Shown piece by piece: positions 41,008-54,200 of a stretch of 64,000 nt of DNA. The translations under genes and the position numbers were made by a program. Under the pieces are notes generated by a model. The model ran no database searches. It worked only from the letters and a program-made list of their open reading frames with translations, and was not told the origin of the DNA. Where the stretch lies: positions 20,744,303 to 20,808,302 of the forward strand of contig CM082577.2 in NCBI GenBank assembly GCA_040954595.2, written 5' to 3'. The DNA comes from Balanoglossus misakiensis (taxonomy: Eukaryota; Animalia; Hemichordata). The first letter of the stretch is position 1. Every line of letters starts with the position of its first letter.

Positions 41008-42367
41008 GAAAGATGGTTGAATTTCTCCTACTATAAACCTGAATCCTACACCATTGAACACATAGTCCCACTTGGCTAATTTTTGTGGGTAACCGATCGA
41101 CCTTCCATAGCTTATAAGGCAAGTAGGATAAAAAGATATGGTTTGTTTTGTTCTGCAAAAAGTGGTTTTAGAATTCAGGCACCTTCAGAAAAGGAAGAAA
41201 CGGACACTTGCCACAAAATATTATCCTTCAGGCTACTCTTTAAAAAATGAAGCCTACAGCACGTAGTATTCCCAGGCGGTCTCCCATCCAAGTACTAACT
41301 ACGCCCAACGCAGGTTTGCTTCGGTGATCAGACGAGAACAGGCTTTTTCTACGTGGTATGGCCATAGGCGAAAGATGGTTGAATTTCTCCTACTATAAAC
41401 CTGAATCCTACACCATTAAACACATAGTCCGACTTGGCTAATTATTGTGGGTAACCGATCGACCTTCCATAGCTTATAAGGCAAGTAGGATAAAAAGATA
41501 TGGTTTGTTTTGTTCTGCAAAAAGTGGTTTTAGAATTCAGGCACTTTCAGAAAAGGAAGAAACTGACACTTGCCACAAAATATTATCCTTCAGGCTACTC
41601 TTTAAAAAATGAAGCCTACAGCACGTAGTATTCCCAGGCGGTCTCCCATCCAAGTACTAACTACGCCCAACGCAGGTTTGCTTCGGTGATCAGACGAGAA
41701 CCGGCTTTTTCTACGTGGTATGGCCGTAGGCGAAAGATGGTTGAATTTCTCCTACTATAAACCTGAATCCTACACCATTGAACACATAGTCCGACTTGGC
41801 TAATTTTTGTGGGTAACCGATCGACCTTCCATAGCTTATAAGGCAAGTAGGATAAAAAATTATGGTTTGTTTTGTTTTGCAAAAAGTGGTTTTAAAATTC
41901 AGACACTTGCAGAAAGAGGAAGAAACGGACACTTGCGACAAAATATTATCCTTCAGGCTACTCTTTAATGGAAACGTTGGAAAAAAATGAAGCCTACAGC
42001 ACGTAGTATTCCCAGGCGGTCTCCCATCCAAGTACTAACTACGCCCAACGCAGGTTTGCTTCGGTGATCAGACGAGAACCGGCTTTTTCTACGTGGTATG
42101 GCCGTAGGCGAAAGATGGTTGAATTTCTCCTACTATAAACCTGAATCCTACACCATTGAACACATAGTCCGACTTGGCTAATTTTTGTGGGTAACCGATC
42201 GACCTTCCATAGCTTATAAGGCAAGTAGGATAAAAAAATATGGTTTGTTTTGTTTTGCAAAAAGTGGTTTTAAAATTCAGACACTTGCAGAAAGAGGAAG
42301 AAACGGACACTTGCGACAAAATATTATCATTCAGGCTAATCTTTAATGGAAACGTTGGAAAAAATTG

Positions 42368-42443
42368 AAGCCTACAGCACGTAGTATTCCCAGGCGGTCT
42401 CCCAGACGAGAACCGGCTTTTTCTACGTGGTATGGCCGTAGGC
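42368..42443 (-). pseudogene. 5S rRNA pseudogene, 44-bp internal deletion
   Basis: Same junction. Confidence 0.93.
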
Positions 42444-43078
42444 GAAAGATGGTTGAATTTCTCCTACTATAAACCTGAATCCTACACCATTGAACACATA
42501 GTCCCACTTGGCTAATTTTTGTGGGTAACCGATCGACCTTCCATAGCTTATAAGGCAAGTGGGATAAAAAGATATGGTTTGTTTTGTTCTGCAAAAAGTG
42601 GTTTTAGAATTCAGGCACTTTCAGAAAAGGAAGAAACGGACACTTGCCACAAAATATTATCCTTCAGGCTACTCTTTAATGGAAACGTTGGAAAAAAATG
42701 AAGCCTACAGCACGTAGTATTCCCAGGCGGTCTCCCATCCAAGTACTAACTACGCCCAACGCAGGTTTGCTTCGGTGATCAGACGAGAACCGGCTTTTTC
42801 TACGTGGTATGGCCGTAGACGAAAGATGGTTGAATTTCTCCTACTATAAACCTGAATCCTACATCATTGAACACATAGTCCGACTTGGCTAATTTTTGTG
42901 GGTAACCGATCGACCTTCCATAGCTTATAAGGCAAGTAGGATAAAAAAATATGGCTTGTTTTGTTTTGCAAAAAGTGGTTTTAAAATTCAGACACTTGCA
43001 GAAAGAGGAAGAAACGGACACTTGCGACAAAATATTATCATTCAGGCTAATCTTTAATGGAAACGTTGGAAAAAATTG

Positions 43079-43154
43079 AAGCCTACAGCACGTAGTATTC
43101 CCAGGCGGTCTCCCAGACGAGAACCGGCTTTTTCTACGTGGTATGGCCGTAGGC
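43079..43154 (-). pseudogene. 5S rRNA pseudogene, 44-bp internal deletion
   Basis: Same junction. Confidence 0.93.
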
Positions 43155-44514
43155 GAAAGATGGTTGAATTTCTCCTACTATAAACCTGAATCCTACACCA
43201 TTGAACACATAGTCCCACTTGGCTAATTTTTGTGGGTAACCGATCGACCTTCCATAGCTTATAAGGCAAGTAGGATAAAAAGATATGGTTTGTTTTGTTC
43301 TGCAAAAAGTGGTTTTAGAATTCAGGCACCTTCAGAAAAGGAAGAAACGGACACTTGCCACAAAATATTATCCTTCAGGCTACTCTTTAAAAAATGAAGC
43401 CTACAGCACGTAGTATTCCCAGGCGGTCTCCCATCCAAGTACTAACTACGCCCAACGCAGGTTTGCTTCGGTGATCAGACGAGAACAGGCTTTTTCTACG
43501 TGGTATGGCCATAGGCGAAAGATGGTTGAATTTCTCCTACTATAAACCTGAATCCTACACCATTAAACACATAGTCCGACTTGGCTAATTATTGTGGGTA
43601 ACCGATCGACCTTCCATAGCTTATAAGGCAAGTAGGATAAAAAGATATGGTTTGTTTTGTTCTGCAAAAAGTGGTTTTAGAATTCAGGCACTTTCAGAAA
43701 AGGAAGAAACTGACACTTGCCACAAAATATTATCCTTCAGGCTACTCTTTAAAAAATGAAGCCTACAGCACGTAGTATTCCCAGGCGGTCTCCCATCCAA
43801 GTACTAACTACGCCCAACGCAGGTTTGCTTCGGTGATCAGACGAGAACCGGCTTTTTCTACGTGGTATGGCCGTAGGCGAAAGATGGTTGAATTTCTCCT
43901 ACTATAAACCTGAATCCTACACCATTGAACACATAGTCCGACTTGGCTAATTTTTGTGGGTAACCGATCGACCTTCCATAGCTTATAAGGCAAGTAGGAT
44001 AAAAAATTATGGTTTGTTTTGTTTTGCAAAAAGTGGTTTTAAAATTCAGACACTTGCAGAAAGAGGAAGAAACGGACACTTGCGACAAAATATTATCCTT
44101 CAGGCTACTCTTTAATGGAAACGTTGGAAAAAAATGAAGCCTACAGCACGTAGTATTCCCAGGCGGTCTCCCATCCAAGTACTAACTACGCCCAACGCAG
44201 GTTTGCTTCGGTGATCAGACGAGAACCGGCTTTTTCTACGTGGTATGGCCGTAGGCGAAAGATGGTTGAATTTCTCCTACTATAAACCTGAATCCTACAC
44301 CATTGAACACATAGTCCGACTTGGCTAATTTTTGTGGGTAACCGATCGACCTTCCATAGCTTATAAGGCAAGTAGGATAAAAAAATATGGTTTGTTTTGT
44401 TTTGCAAAAAGTGGTTTTAAAATTCAGACACTTGCAGAAAGAGGAAGAAACGGACACTTGCGACAAAATATTATCATTCAGGCTAATCTTTAATTGAAAC
44501 GTTGGAAAAAATTG

Positions 44515-44590
44515 AAGCCTACAGCACGTAGTATTCCCAGGCGGTCTCCCAGACGAGAACCGGCTTTTTCTACGTGGTATGGCCGTAGGC
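44515..44590 (-). pseudogene. 5S rRNA pseudogene, 44-bp internal deletion
   Basis: Same junction. Confidence 0.93.
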
Positions 44591-47500
44591 GAAAGATGGT
44601 TGAATTTCTCCTACTATAAACCTGAATCCTACACCATTGAACACATAGTCCCACTTGGCTAATTTTTGTGGGTAACCGATCGACCTTCCATAGCTTATAA
44701 GGCAAGTGGGATAAAAAGATATGGTTTGTTTTGTTCTGCAAAAAGTGGTTTTAGAATTCAGGCACTTTCAGAAAAGGAAGAAACGGACACTTGCCACAAA
44801 ATATTATCCTTCAGGCTACTCTTTAATGGAAACGTTGGAAAAAAATGAAGCCTACAGCACGTAGTATTCCCAGGCGGTCTCCCATCCAAGTACTAACTAC
44901 GCCCAACGCAGGTTTGCTTCGGTGATCAAACGAGAACCGGCTTTTTCTACGTGGTATGGCCGTAGGCGAAAGATGGTTGAATTTCTCCTACTATAAACCT
45001 GAATCCTACACCATTAAACACATAGTCCGACTTGGCTAATTATTGTGGGTAACCGATCGACCTTCCATAGCTTATAAGGCAAGTAGGATAAAAAGATATG
45101 GTTTGTTTTGTTCTGCAAAAAGTGGTTTTAGAATTCAGGCACTTTCAGAAAAGGAAGAAACGGACACTTGCCACAAAATATTATCCTTCAGGCTAATCTT
45201 TAATGGAAACGTTGGAAAAAATTGAAACCTACAGCACGTAGTATTCCCAGGCGGTCTCCCATCCAAGTACTAACTACGCCCAACGCAGGTTTGCTTCGGT
45301 GATCAGACGAGAACCGGCTTTTTCTACGTGGTATGGCCGTAGGCGAAAGATGGTTGAATTTCTCCTACTATAAACCTGAATCCTACACCATTGAACACAT
45401 AGTCCGACTTGGCTAATTATTGTGGGTAACCGATCGACCTTCCATAGCTTATAAGGCAAGTGGGATAAAAAAAATATGGTTTGTTTTGTTCTGCAAAAAG
45501 TGGTTTTAGAATTCAGGCACTTTCAGAAAAGGAAGAAACGAACACTTGCGACAAAATATTATCCTTCAGGCTACTCTTTAATGGAAACGTTGGAAAAAAT
45601 GAAGCCTACAGCACGTAGTATTCCCAGGCGGTCTCCCATCCAAGTACTAACTACGCCCAACGCAGGTTTGCTTCGGTGATCAGACGAGAACCGGCTTTTT
45701 CTACGTGGTATGGCCGTAGGCGAAAGATGGTTGAATTTCTCCTACTATAAACCTGAATCCTACACCATTGAACACATAGTCCGACTTGGCTAATTTTTGT
45801 GGGTAACCGATCGACCTTCCATAGCTTATAAGGCAAGTAGGATAAAAAAATACGGTTTGTTTTGTTTTGCAAAAAGTGGTTTTAGAATTCAGACACTTGC
45901 AGAAAGAGGAAGAAACGGACACTTGCGACAAAATATTATCCTTCAGGCTACTCTTTAATGGAAACGTTGGAAAAAATGAAGCCTACAGCACGTAGTATTC
46001 CCAGGCGGTCTCCCATCCAAGTACTAACTACGCCCAACGCAGGTTTGCTTCGGTGATCAGACGAGAACCGGCTTTTTCTACGTGGTATGGCCGTAGGCGA
46101 AAGATGGTTGAATTTCTCCTACTATAAACCTGAATCCTACACCATTGAACACATAGTCCGACTTGGCTAATTTTTGTGGGTAACCGATCGACCTTCCATA
46201 GCTTATAAGGCAAGTGGGATAAAAAGATATGGTTTGTTTTGTTCTGCAAAAAGTGGTTTTAGAATTCAGGCACTTTCAGAAAAGGAAGAAACGGACACTT
46301 ACCACAAAATATTATCCTTCAGGCTACTCTTTAATGGAAACGTTGGAAAAAAATGAAGCCTACAGCACGTAGTATTCCCAGGCGGACTCCCATCCAAGTA
46401 CTAACTACGCCCAACGCAGGTTTGCTTCGGTGATCAGACGAGAACCGGCTTTTTCTACGTGGTATGGCCGTAGGCGAAAGATGGTTGAATTTCTCCTACT
46501 ATAAACCTGAATCCTACACCATTGAACACATAGTCCGACTTGGCTAATTTTTGTGGGTAACCGATCGACCTTCCATAGCTTATAAGGCAAGTGGGATAAA
46601 AAGATATGGTTTGTTTTGTTCTGCAAAAAGTGGTTTTAGAATTCAGGCACTTTCAGAAAAGGAAGAAACGGACACTTACCACAAAATATTATCCTTCAGG
46701 CTACTCTTTAATGGAAACGTTGGAAAAAAATGAAGCCTACAGCACGTAGTATTCCCAGGCGGTCTCCCATCCAAGTACTAACTACGCCCAACGCAGGTTT
46801 GCTTCGGTGATCAGACGAGAACCGGCTTTTTCTACGTGGTATGGCCGTAGGCGAAAGATGGTTGAATTTCTCCTACTATAAACCTGAATCCTACACCATT
46901 AAACACATAGTCCGACTTGGCTAATTATTGTGGGTAACCGATCGACCTTCCATAGCTTATAAGGCAAGTAGGATAAAAAGATATGGTTTGTTTTGTTCTG
47001 CAAAAAGTGGTTTTAGAATTCAGGCACTTTCAGAAAAGGAAGAAACGGACACTTGCCACAAAATATTATCCTTCAGGCTAATCTTTAATGGAAACGTTGG
47101 AAAATATTGAAGCCTACAGCACGTGGTATTCCCAGGCGGTCTCCCATCCAAGTACTAACTACGCCCAACGCAGGTTTGCTTCGGTGATCAGACGAGAACC
47201 GGCTTTTTCTACGTGGTATGGCCGTAGGCGAAAGATGGTTGAATTTCTCCTACTATAAACCTGAATCCTACACCATTGAACACATAGTCCGACTTGGCTA
47301 ATTATTGTGGGTAACCGATCGACCTTCCATAGCTTATAAGGCAAGTGGGATAAAAAAAATATGGTTTGTTTTGTTCTGCAAAAAGTGGTTTTAGAATTCA
47401 GGCACTTTCAGAAAAGGAAGAAACGGACACTTGCGACAAAATATTATCCTTCAGGCTACTCTTTAATGGAAACGTTGGAAAAAATGAAGCCTACAGCACG

Positions 47501-49725
47501 TAGTATTCCCAGGCGGTCTCCCATCCAAGAACTAACTACGCCCAACGCAGGTTTGCTTCGGTGATCAGACGAGAACCGGCTTTTTCTACGTGGTATGGCC
47601 GTAGGCGAAAGATGGTTGAATTTCTCCTACTATAAACCTGAATCCTACACCATTAAACACATAGTCCGACTTGGCTAATTATTGTGGGTAACCGATCGAC
47701 CTTCCATAGCTTATAAGGCAAGTGGGATAAAAAAAATATGGTTTGTTTTGTTCTGCCAAAAGTGGTTTTAGAATTCAGGCACTTTCAGAAAAGGAAGAAA
47801 CGGACACTTGCGACAAAATATTATCCTTCAGGCTACTCTTTAATGGAAACGTTGGAAAAAATGAAGCCTACAGCACGTAGTATTCCCAGGCGGTCTCCCA
47901 TCCAAGTACTAACTACGCCCAACGCAGGTTTGCTTCGGTGATCAGACGAGAACCGGCTTTTTCTACGTGGTATGGCCGTAGGCGAAAGATGGTTGAATTT
48001 CTCCTACTATAAACCTGAATCCTACACCATTAAACACATAGTCCGACTTGGCTAATTATTGTGGGTAACCGATCGACCTTCCATAGCTTATAAGGCAAGT
48101 GGGATAAAAAAAAATATGGTTTGTTTTGTTCTGCAAAAAGTGGTTTTAGAATTCAGGCACTTTCAGAAAAGGAAGAAACGGACACTTGCGACAAAATATT
48201 ATCCTTCAGGCTACTCTTTAATGGAAACGTTGGAAAAAATGAAGCCTACAGCACGTAGTATTCCCAGGCGGTCTCCCATCCAAGTACTAACTACGCCCAA
48301 CGCAGGTTTGCTTCGGTGATCAGACGAGAACCGGCTTTTTCTACGTGGTATGGCCGTAGGCGAAAGATGGTTGAATTTCTCCTACTATAAACCTGAATCC
48401 TACACCATTGAACACATAGTCCGACTTGGCTAATTTTTGTGGGTAACCGATCGACCTTCCATAGCTTATAAGGCAAGTAGGATAAAAAATTATGGTTTGT
48501 TTTGTTTTGCAAAAAGTGGTTTTAAAATTCAGACACTTGCAGAAAGAGGAAGAAACGGACACTTGCGACAAAATATTATCCTTCAGGCTACTCTTTAAAA
48601 AATGAAGCCTACAGCACGTAGTATTCCCAGGCGGTCTCCCATCCAAGTACTAACTACGCCCAACGCAGGTTTGCTTCGGTGATCAGACGAGAACCGGCTT
48701 TTTCTACGTGGTATGGCCGTAGGCGAAAGATGGTTGAATTTCTCCTACTATAAACCTGAATCCTACACCATTGAACACATAGTCCGACTTGGCTAATTTT
48801 TGTGGGTAACCGATCGACCTTCCATAGCTTATAAGGCAAGTAGGATAAAAAAATACGGTTTGTTTTGTTTTGCAAAAAGTGGTTTTAGAATTCAGACACT
48901 TGCAGAAAGAGGAAGAAACGGACACTTGCGACAAAATATTATCCTTCAGGCTACTCTTTAAAAAATGAAGCCTACAGCACGTAGTATTCCCAGGCGGTCT
49001 CCCATCCAAGTACTAACTACGCCCAACGCAGGTTTGCTTCGGTGATCAGACGAGAACCGGCTTTTTCTACGTGGTATGGCCGTAGGCGAAAGATGGTTGA
49101 ATTTCTCCTACTATAAACCTGAATCCTACACCATTGAACACATAGTCCGACTTGGCTAATTTTTGTGGGTAACCGATCGACCTTCCATAGCTTATAAGGC
49201 AAGTAGGATAAAAAAAATACGGTTTGTTTTGTTTTGCAAAAAGTGGTTTTAGAATTCAGACACTTGCAGAAAGAGGAAGAAACGGACACTTGCGACAAAA
49301 TATTATCCTTCAGGCTACTCTTTAATGGAAACGTTGGAAAAAAAATGAAGCCTACAGCACGTAGTATTCCCAGGCGGTCTCCCATCCAAGTACTAACTAC
49401 GCCCAACGCAGGTTTGCTTCGGTGATCAGACGAGAACCGGCTTTTTCTACGTGGTATGGCCGTAGACGAAAGATGGTTGAATTTCTCCTACTATAAACCT
49501 GAATCCTACACCATTGAACACATAGTCCGACTTGGCTAATTTTTGTGGGTAACCGATCGACCTTCCATAGCTTATAAGGCAAGTAGGATAAAAAAATATG
49601 GCTTGTTTTGTTTTGCAAAAAGTGGTTTTAAAATTCAGACACTTGCAGAAAGAGGAAGAAACGGACACTTGCGACAAAATATTATCATTCAGGCTAATCT
49701 TTAATGGAAACGTTGGAAAAAATTG

Positions 49726-49801
49726 AAGCCTACAGCACGTAGTATTCCCAGGCGGTCTCCCAGACGAGAACCGGCTTTTTCTACGTGGTATGGCCGTAGG
49801 C
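49726..49801 (-). pseudogene. 5S rRNA pseudogene, 44-bp internal deletion
   Basis: Same junction. Confidence 0.93.
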
Positions 49802-51161
49802 GAAAGATGGTTGAATTTCTCCTACTATAAACCTGAATCCTACACCATTGAACACATAGTCCCACTTGGCTAATTTTTGTGGGTAACCGATCGACCTTCC
49901 ATAGCTTATAAGGCAAGTAGGATAAAAAGATATGGTTTGTTTTGTTCTGCAAAAAGTGGTTTTAGAATTCAGGCACTTTCAGAAAAGGAAGAAACGGACA
50001 CTTGCCACAAAATATTATCCTTCAGGCTACTCTTTAAAAAATGAAGCCTACAGCACGTAGTATTCCCAGGCGGTCTCCCATCCAAGTACTAACTACGCCC
50101 AACGCAGGTTTGCTTCGGTGATCAGACGAGAACAGGCTTTTTCTACGTGGTATGGCCGTAGGCGAAAGATGGTTGAATTTCTCCTACTATAAACCTGAAT
50201 CCTACACCATTAAACACATAGTCCGACTTGGCTAATTATTGTGGGTAACCGATCGACCTTCCATAGCTTATAAGGCAAGTAGGATAAAAAGATATGGTTT
50301 GTTTTGTTCTGCAAAAAGTGGTTTTAGAATTCAGGCACTTTCAGAAAAGGAAGAAACTGACACTTGCCACAAAATATTATCCTTCAGGCTACTCTTTAAA
50401 AAATGAAGCCTACAGCACGTAGTATTCCCAGGCGGTCTCCCATCCAAGTACTAACTACGCCCAACGCAGGTTTGCTTCGGTGATCAGACGAGAACCGGCT
50501 TTTTCTACGTGGTATGGCCGTAGGCGAAAGATGGTTGAATTTCTCCTACTATAAACCTGAATCCTACACCATTGAACACATAGTCCGACTTGGCTAATTT
50601 TTGTGGGTAACCGATCGACCTTCCATAGCTTATAAGGCAAGTAGGATAAAAAATTATGGTTTGTTTTGTTTTGCAAAAAGTGGTTTTAAAATTCAGACAC
50701 TTGCAGAAAGAGGAAGAAACGGACACTTGCGACAAAATATTATCCTTCAGGCTACTCTTTAATGGAAACGTTGGAAAAAAATGAAGCCTACAGCACGTAG
50801 TATTCCCAGGCGGTCTCCCATCCAAGTACTAACTACGCCCAACGCAGGTTTGCTTCGGTGATCAGACGAGAACCGGCTTTTTCTACGTGGTATGGCCGTA
50901 GGCGAAAGATGGTTGAATTTCTCCTACTATAAACCTGAATCCTACACCATTGAACACATAGTCCGACTTGGCTAATTTTTGTGGGTAACCGATCGACCTT
51001 CCATAGCTTATAAGGCAAGTAGGATAAAAAAATATGGTTTGTTTTGTTTTGCAAAAAGTGGTTTTAAAATTCAGACACTTGCAGAAAGAGGAAGAAACGG
51101 ACACTTGCGACAAAATATTATCATTCAGGCTAATCTTTAATGGAAACGTTGGAAAAAATTG

Positions 51162-51237
51162 AAGCCTACAGCACGTAGTATTCCCAGGCGGTCTCCCAGA
51201 CGAGAACCGGCTTTTTCTACGTGGTATGGCCGTAGGC
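51162..51237 (-). pseudogene. 5S rRNA pseudogene, 44-bp internal deletion
   Basis: Same junction. Confidence 0.93.
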
Positions 51238-54200
51238 GAAAGATGGTTGAATTTCTCCTACTATAAACCTGAATCCTACACCATTGAACACATAGTCCCA
51301 TTTGGCTAATTTTTGTGGGTAACCGATCGACATTCCATAGCTTATAAGGCAAGTGGGATAAAAAGATATGGTTTGTTTTGTTCTGCAAAAAGTGGTTTTA
51401 GAATTCAGGCACTTTCAGAAAAGGAAGAAACGGACACTTGCCACAAAATATTATCCTTCAGGCTACTCTTTAATGGAAACGTTGGAAAAAAATGAAGCCT
51501 ACAGCACGTAGTATTCCCAGGCGGTCTCCCATCCAAGTACTAACTACGCCCAACGCAGGTTTGCTTCGGTGATCAGACGAGAACCGGCTTTTTCTACGTG
51601 GTATGGCCGTAGGCGAAAGATGGTTGAATTTCTCCTACTATAAACCTGAATCCTACACCATTAAACACATAGTCCGACTTGGCTAATTATTGTGGGTAAC
51701 CGATCGACCTTCCATAGCTTATAAGGCAAGTAGGATAAAAAGATATGGTTTGTTTTGTTCTGCAAAAAGTGGTTTTAGAATTCAGGCACTTTCAGAAAAG
51801 GAAGAAACGGACACTTGCCACAAAATATTATCCTTCAGGCTAATCTTTAATGGAAACGTTGGAAAAAATTGAAGCCTACAGCACGTAGTATTCCCAGGCG
51901 GTCTCCCATCCAAGTACTAACTACGCCCAACGCAGGTTTGCTTCGGTGATCAGACGAGAACCGGCTTTTTCTACGTGGTATGGCCGTAGGCGAAAGATGG
52001 TTGAATTTCTCCTACTATAAACCTGAATCCTACTCCATTGAACACATAGTCCGACTTGGCTAATTATTGTGGGTAACCGATCGACCTTCCATAGCTTATA
52101 AGGCAAGTGGGATAAAAAAAATATGGTTTGTTTTGTTCTGCAAAAAGTGGTTTTAGAATTCAGGCACTTTCAGAAAAGGAAGAAACGGACACTTGCGACA
52201 AAATATTATCCTTCAGGCTACTCTTTAATGGAAACGTTGGAAAAAATGAAGCCTACAGCACGTAGTATTCCCAGGCGGTCTCCCATCCAAGTACTAACTA
52301 CGCCCAACGCAGGTTTGCTTCGGTGATCAGACGAGAACCGGCTTTTTCTACGTGGTATGGCCGTAGGCGAAAGATGGTTGAATTTCTCCTACTATAAACC
52401 TGAATCCTACACCATTGAACACATAGTCCGACTTGGCTAATTTTTGTGGGTAACCGATCGACCTTCCATAGCTTATAAGGCAAGTAGGATAAAAAAATAC
52501 GGTTTGTTTTGTTTTGCAAAAAGTGGTTTTAGAATTCAGACACTTGCAGAAAGAGGAAGAAACGGACACTTGCGACAAAATATTATCCTTCAGGCTACTC
52601 TTTAATGGAAACGTTGGAAAAAATGAAGCCTACAGCACGTAGTATTCCCAGGCGGTCTCCCATCCAAGTACTAACTACGCCCAACGCAGGTTTGCTTCGG
52701 TGATCAGACGAGAACCGGCTTTTTCTACGTGGTATGGCCGTAGGCGAAAGATGGTTGAATTTCTCCTACTATAAACCTGAATCCTACACCATTGAACACA
52801 TAGTCCGACTTGGCTAATTTTTGTGGGTAACCGATCGACCTTCCATAGCTTATAAGGCAAGTGGGATAAAAAGATATGGTTTGTTTTGTTCTGCAAAAAG
52901 TGGTTTTAGAATTCAGGCACTTTCAGAAAAGGAAGAAACGGACACTTACCACAAAATATTATCCTTCAGGCTACTCTTTAATGGAAACGTTGGAAAAAAA
53001 TGAAGCCTACAGCACGTAGTATTCCCAGGCGGTCTCCCATCCAAGTACTAACTACGCCCAACGCAGGTTTGCTTCGGTGATCAGACGAGAACCGGCTTTT
53101 TCTACGTGGTATGGCCGTAGGCGAAAGATGGTTGAATTTCTCCTACTATAAACCTGAATCCTACACCATTGAACACATAGTCCGACTTGGCTAATTTTTG
53201 TGGGTAACCGATCGACCTTCCATAGCTTATAAGGCAAGTGGGATAAAAAGATATGGTTTGTTTTGTTCTGCAAAAAGTGGTTTTAGAATTCAGGCACTTT
53301 CAGAAAAGGAAGAAACGGACACTTACCACAAAATATTATCCTTCAGGCTACTCTTTAATGGAAACGTTGGAAAAAAATGAAGCCTACAGCACGTAGTATT
53401 CCCAGGCGGTCTCCCATCCAAGTACTAACTACGCCCAACGCAGGTTTGCTTCGGTGATCAGACGAGAACCGGCTTTTTCTACGTGGTATGGCCGTAGGCG
53501 AAAGATGGTTGAATTTCTCCTACTATAAACCTGAATCCTACACCATTAAACACATAGTCCGACTTGGCTAATTATTGTGGGTAACCGATCGACCTTCCAT
53601 AGCTTATAAGGCAAGTAGGATAAAAAGATATGGTTTGTTTTGTTCTGCAAAAAGTGGTTTTAGAATTCAGGCACTTTCAGAAAAGGAAGAAACGGACACT
53701 TGCCACAAAATATTATCCTTCAGGCTAATCTTTAATGGAAACGTTGGAAAATATTGAAGCCTACAGCACGTGGTATTCCCAGGCGGTCTCCCATCCAAGT
53801 ACTAACTACGCCCAACGCAGGTTTGCTTCGGTGATCAGACGAGAACCGGCTTTTTCTACGTGGTATGGCCGTAGGCGAAAGATGGTTGAATTTCTCCTAC
53901 TATAAACCTGAATCCTACACCATTGAACACATAGTCCGACTTGGCTAATTTTTGTGGGTAACCGATCGACCTTCCATAGCTTATAAGGCAAGTAGGATAA
54001 AAAAATACGGTTTGTTTTGTTTTGCAAAAAGTGGTTTTAGAATTCAGACACTTGCAGAAAGAGGAAGAAACGGACACTTGCGACAAAATATTATCCTTCA
54101 GGCTACTCTTTAATGGAAACGTTGGAAAAAATGAAGCCTACAGCACGTAGTATTCCCAGGCGGTCTCCCATCCAAGTACTAACTACGCCCAACGCAGGTT

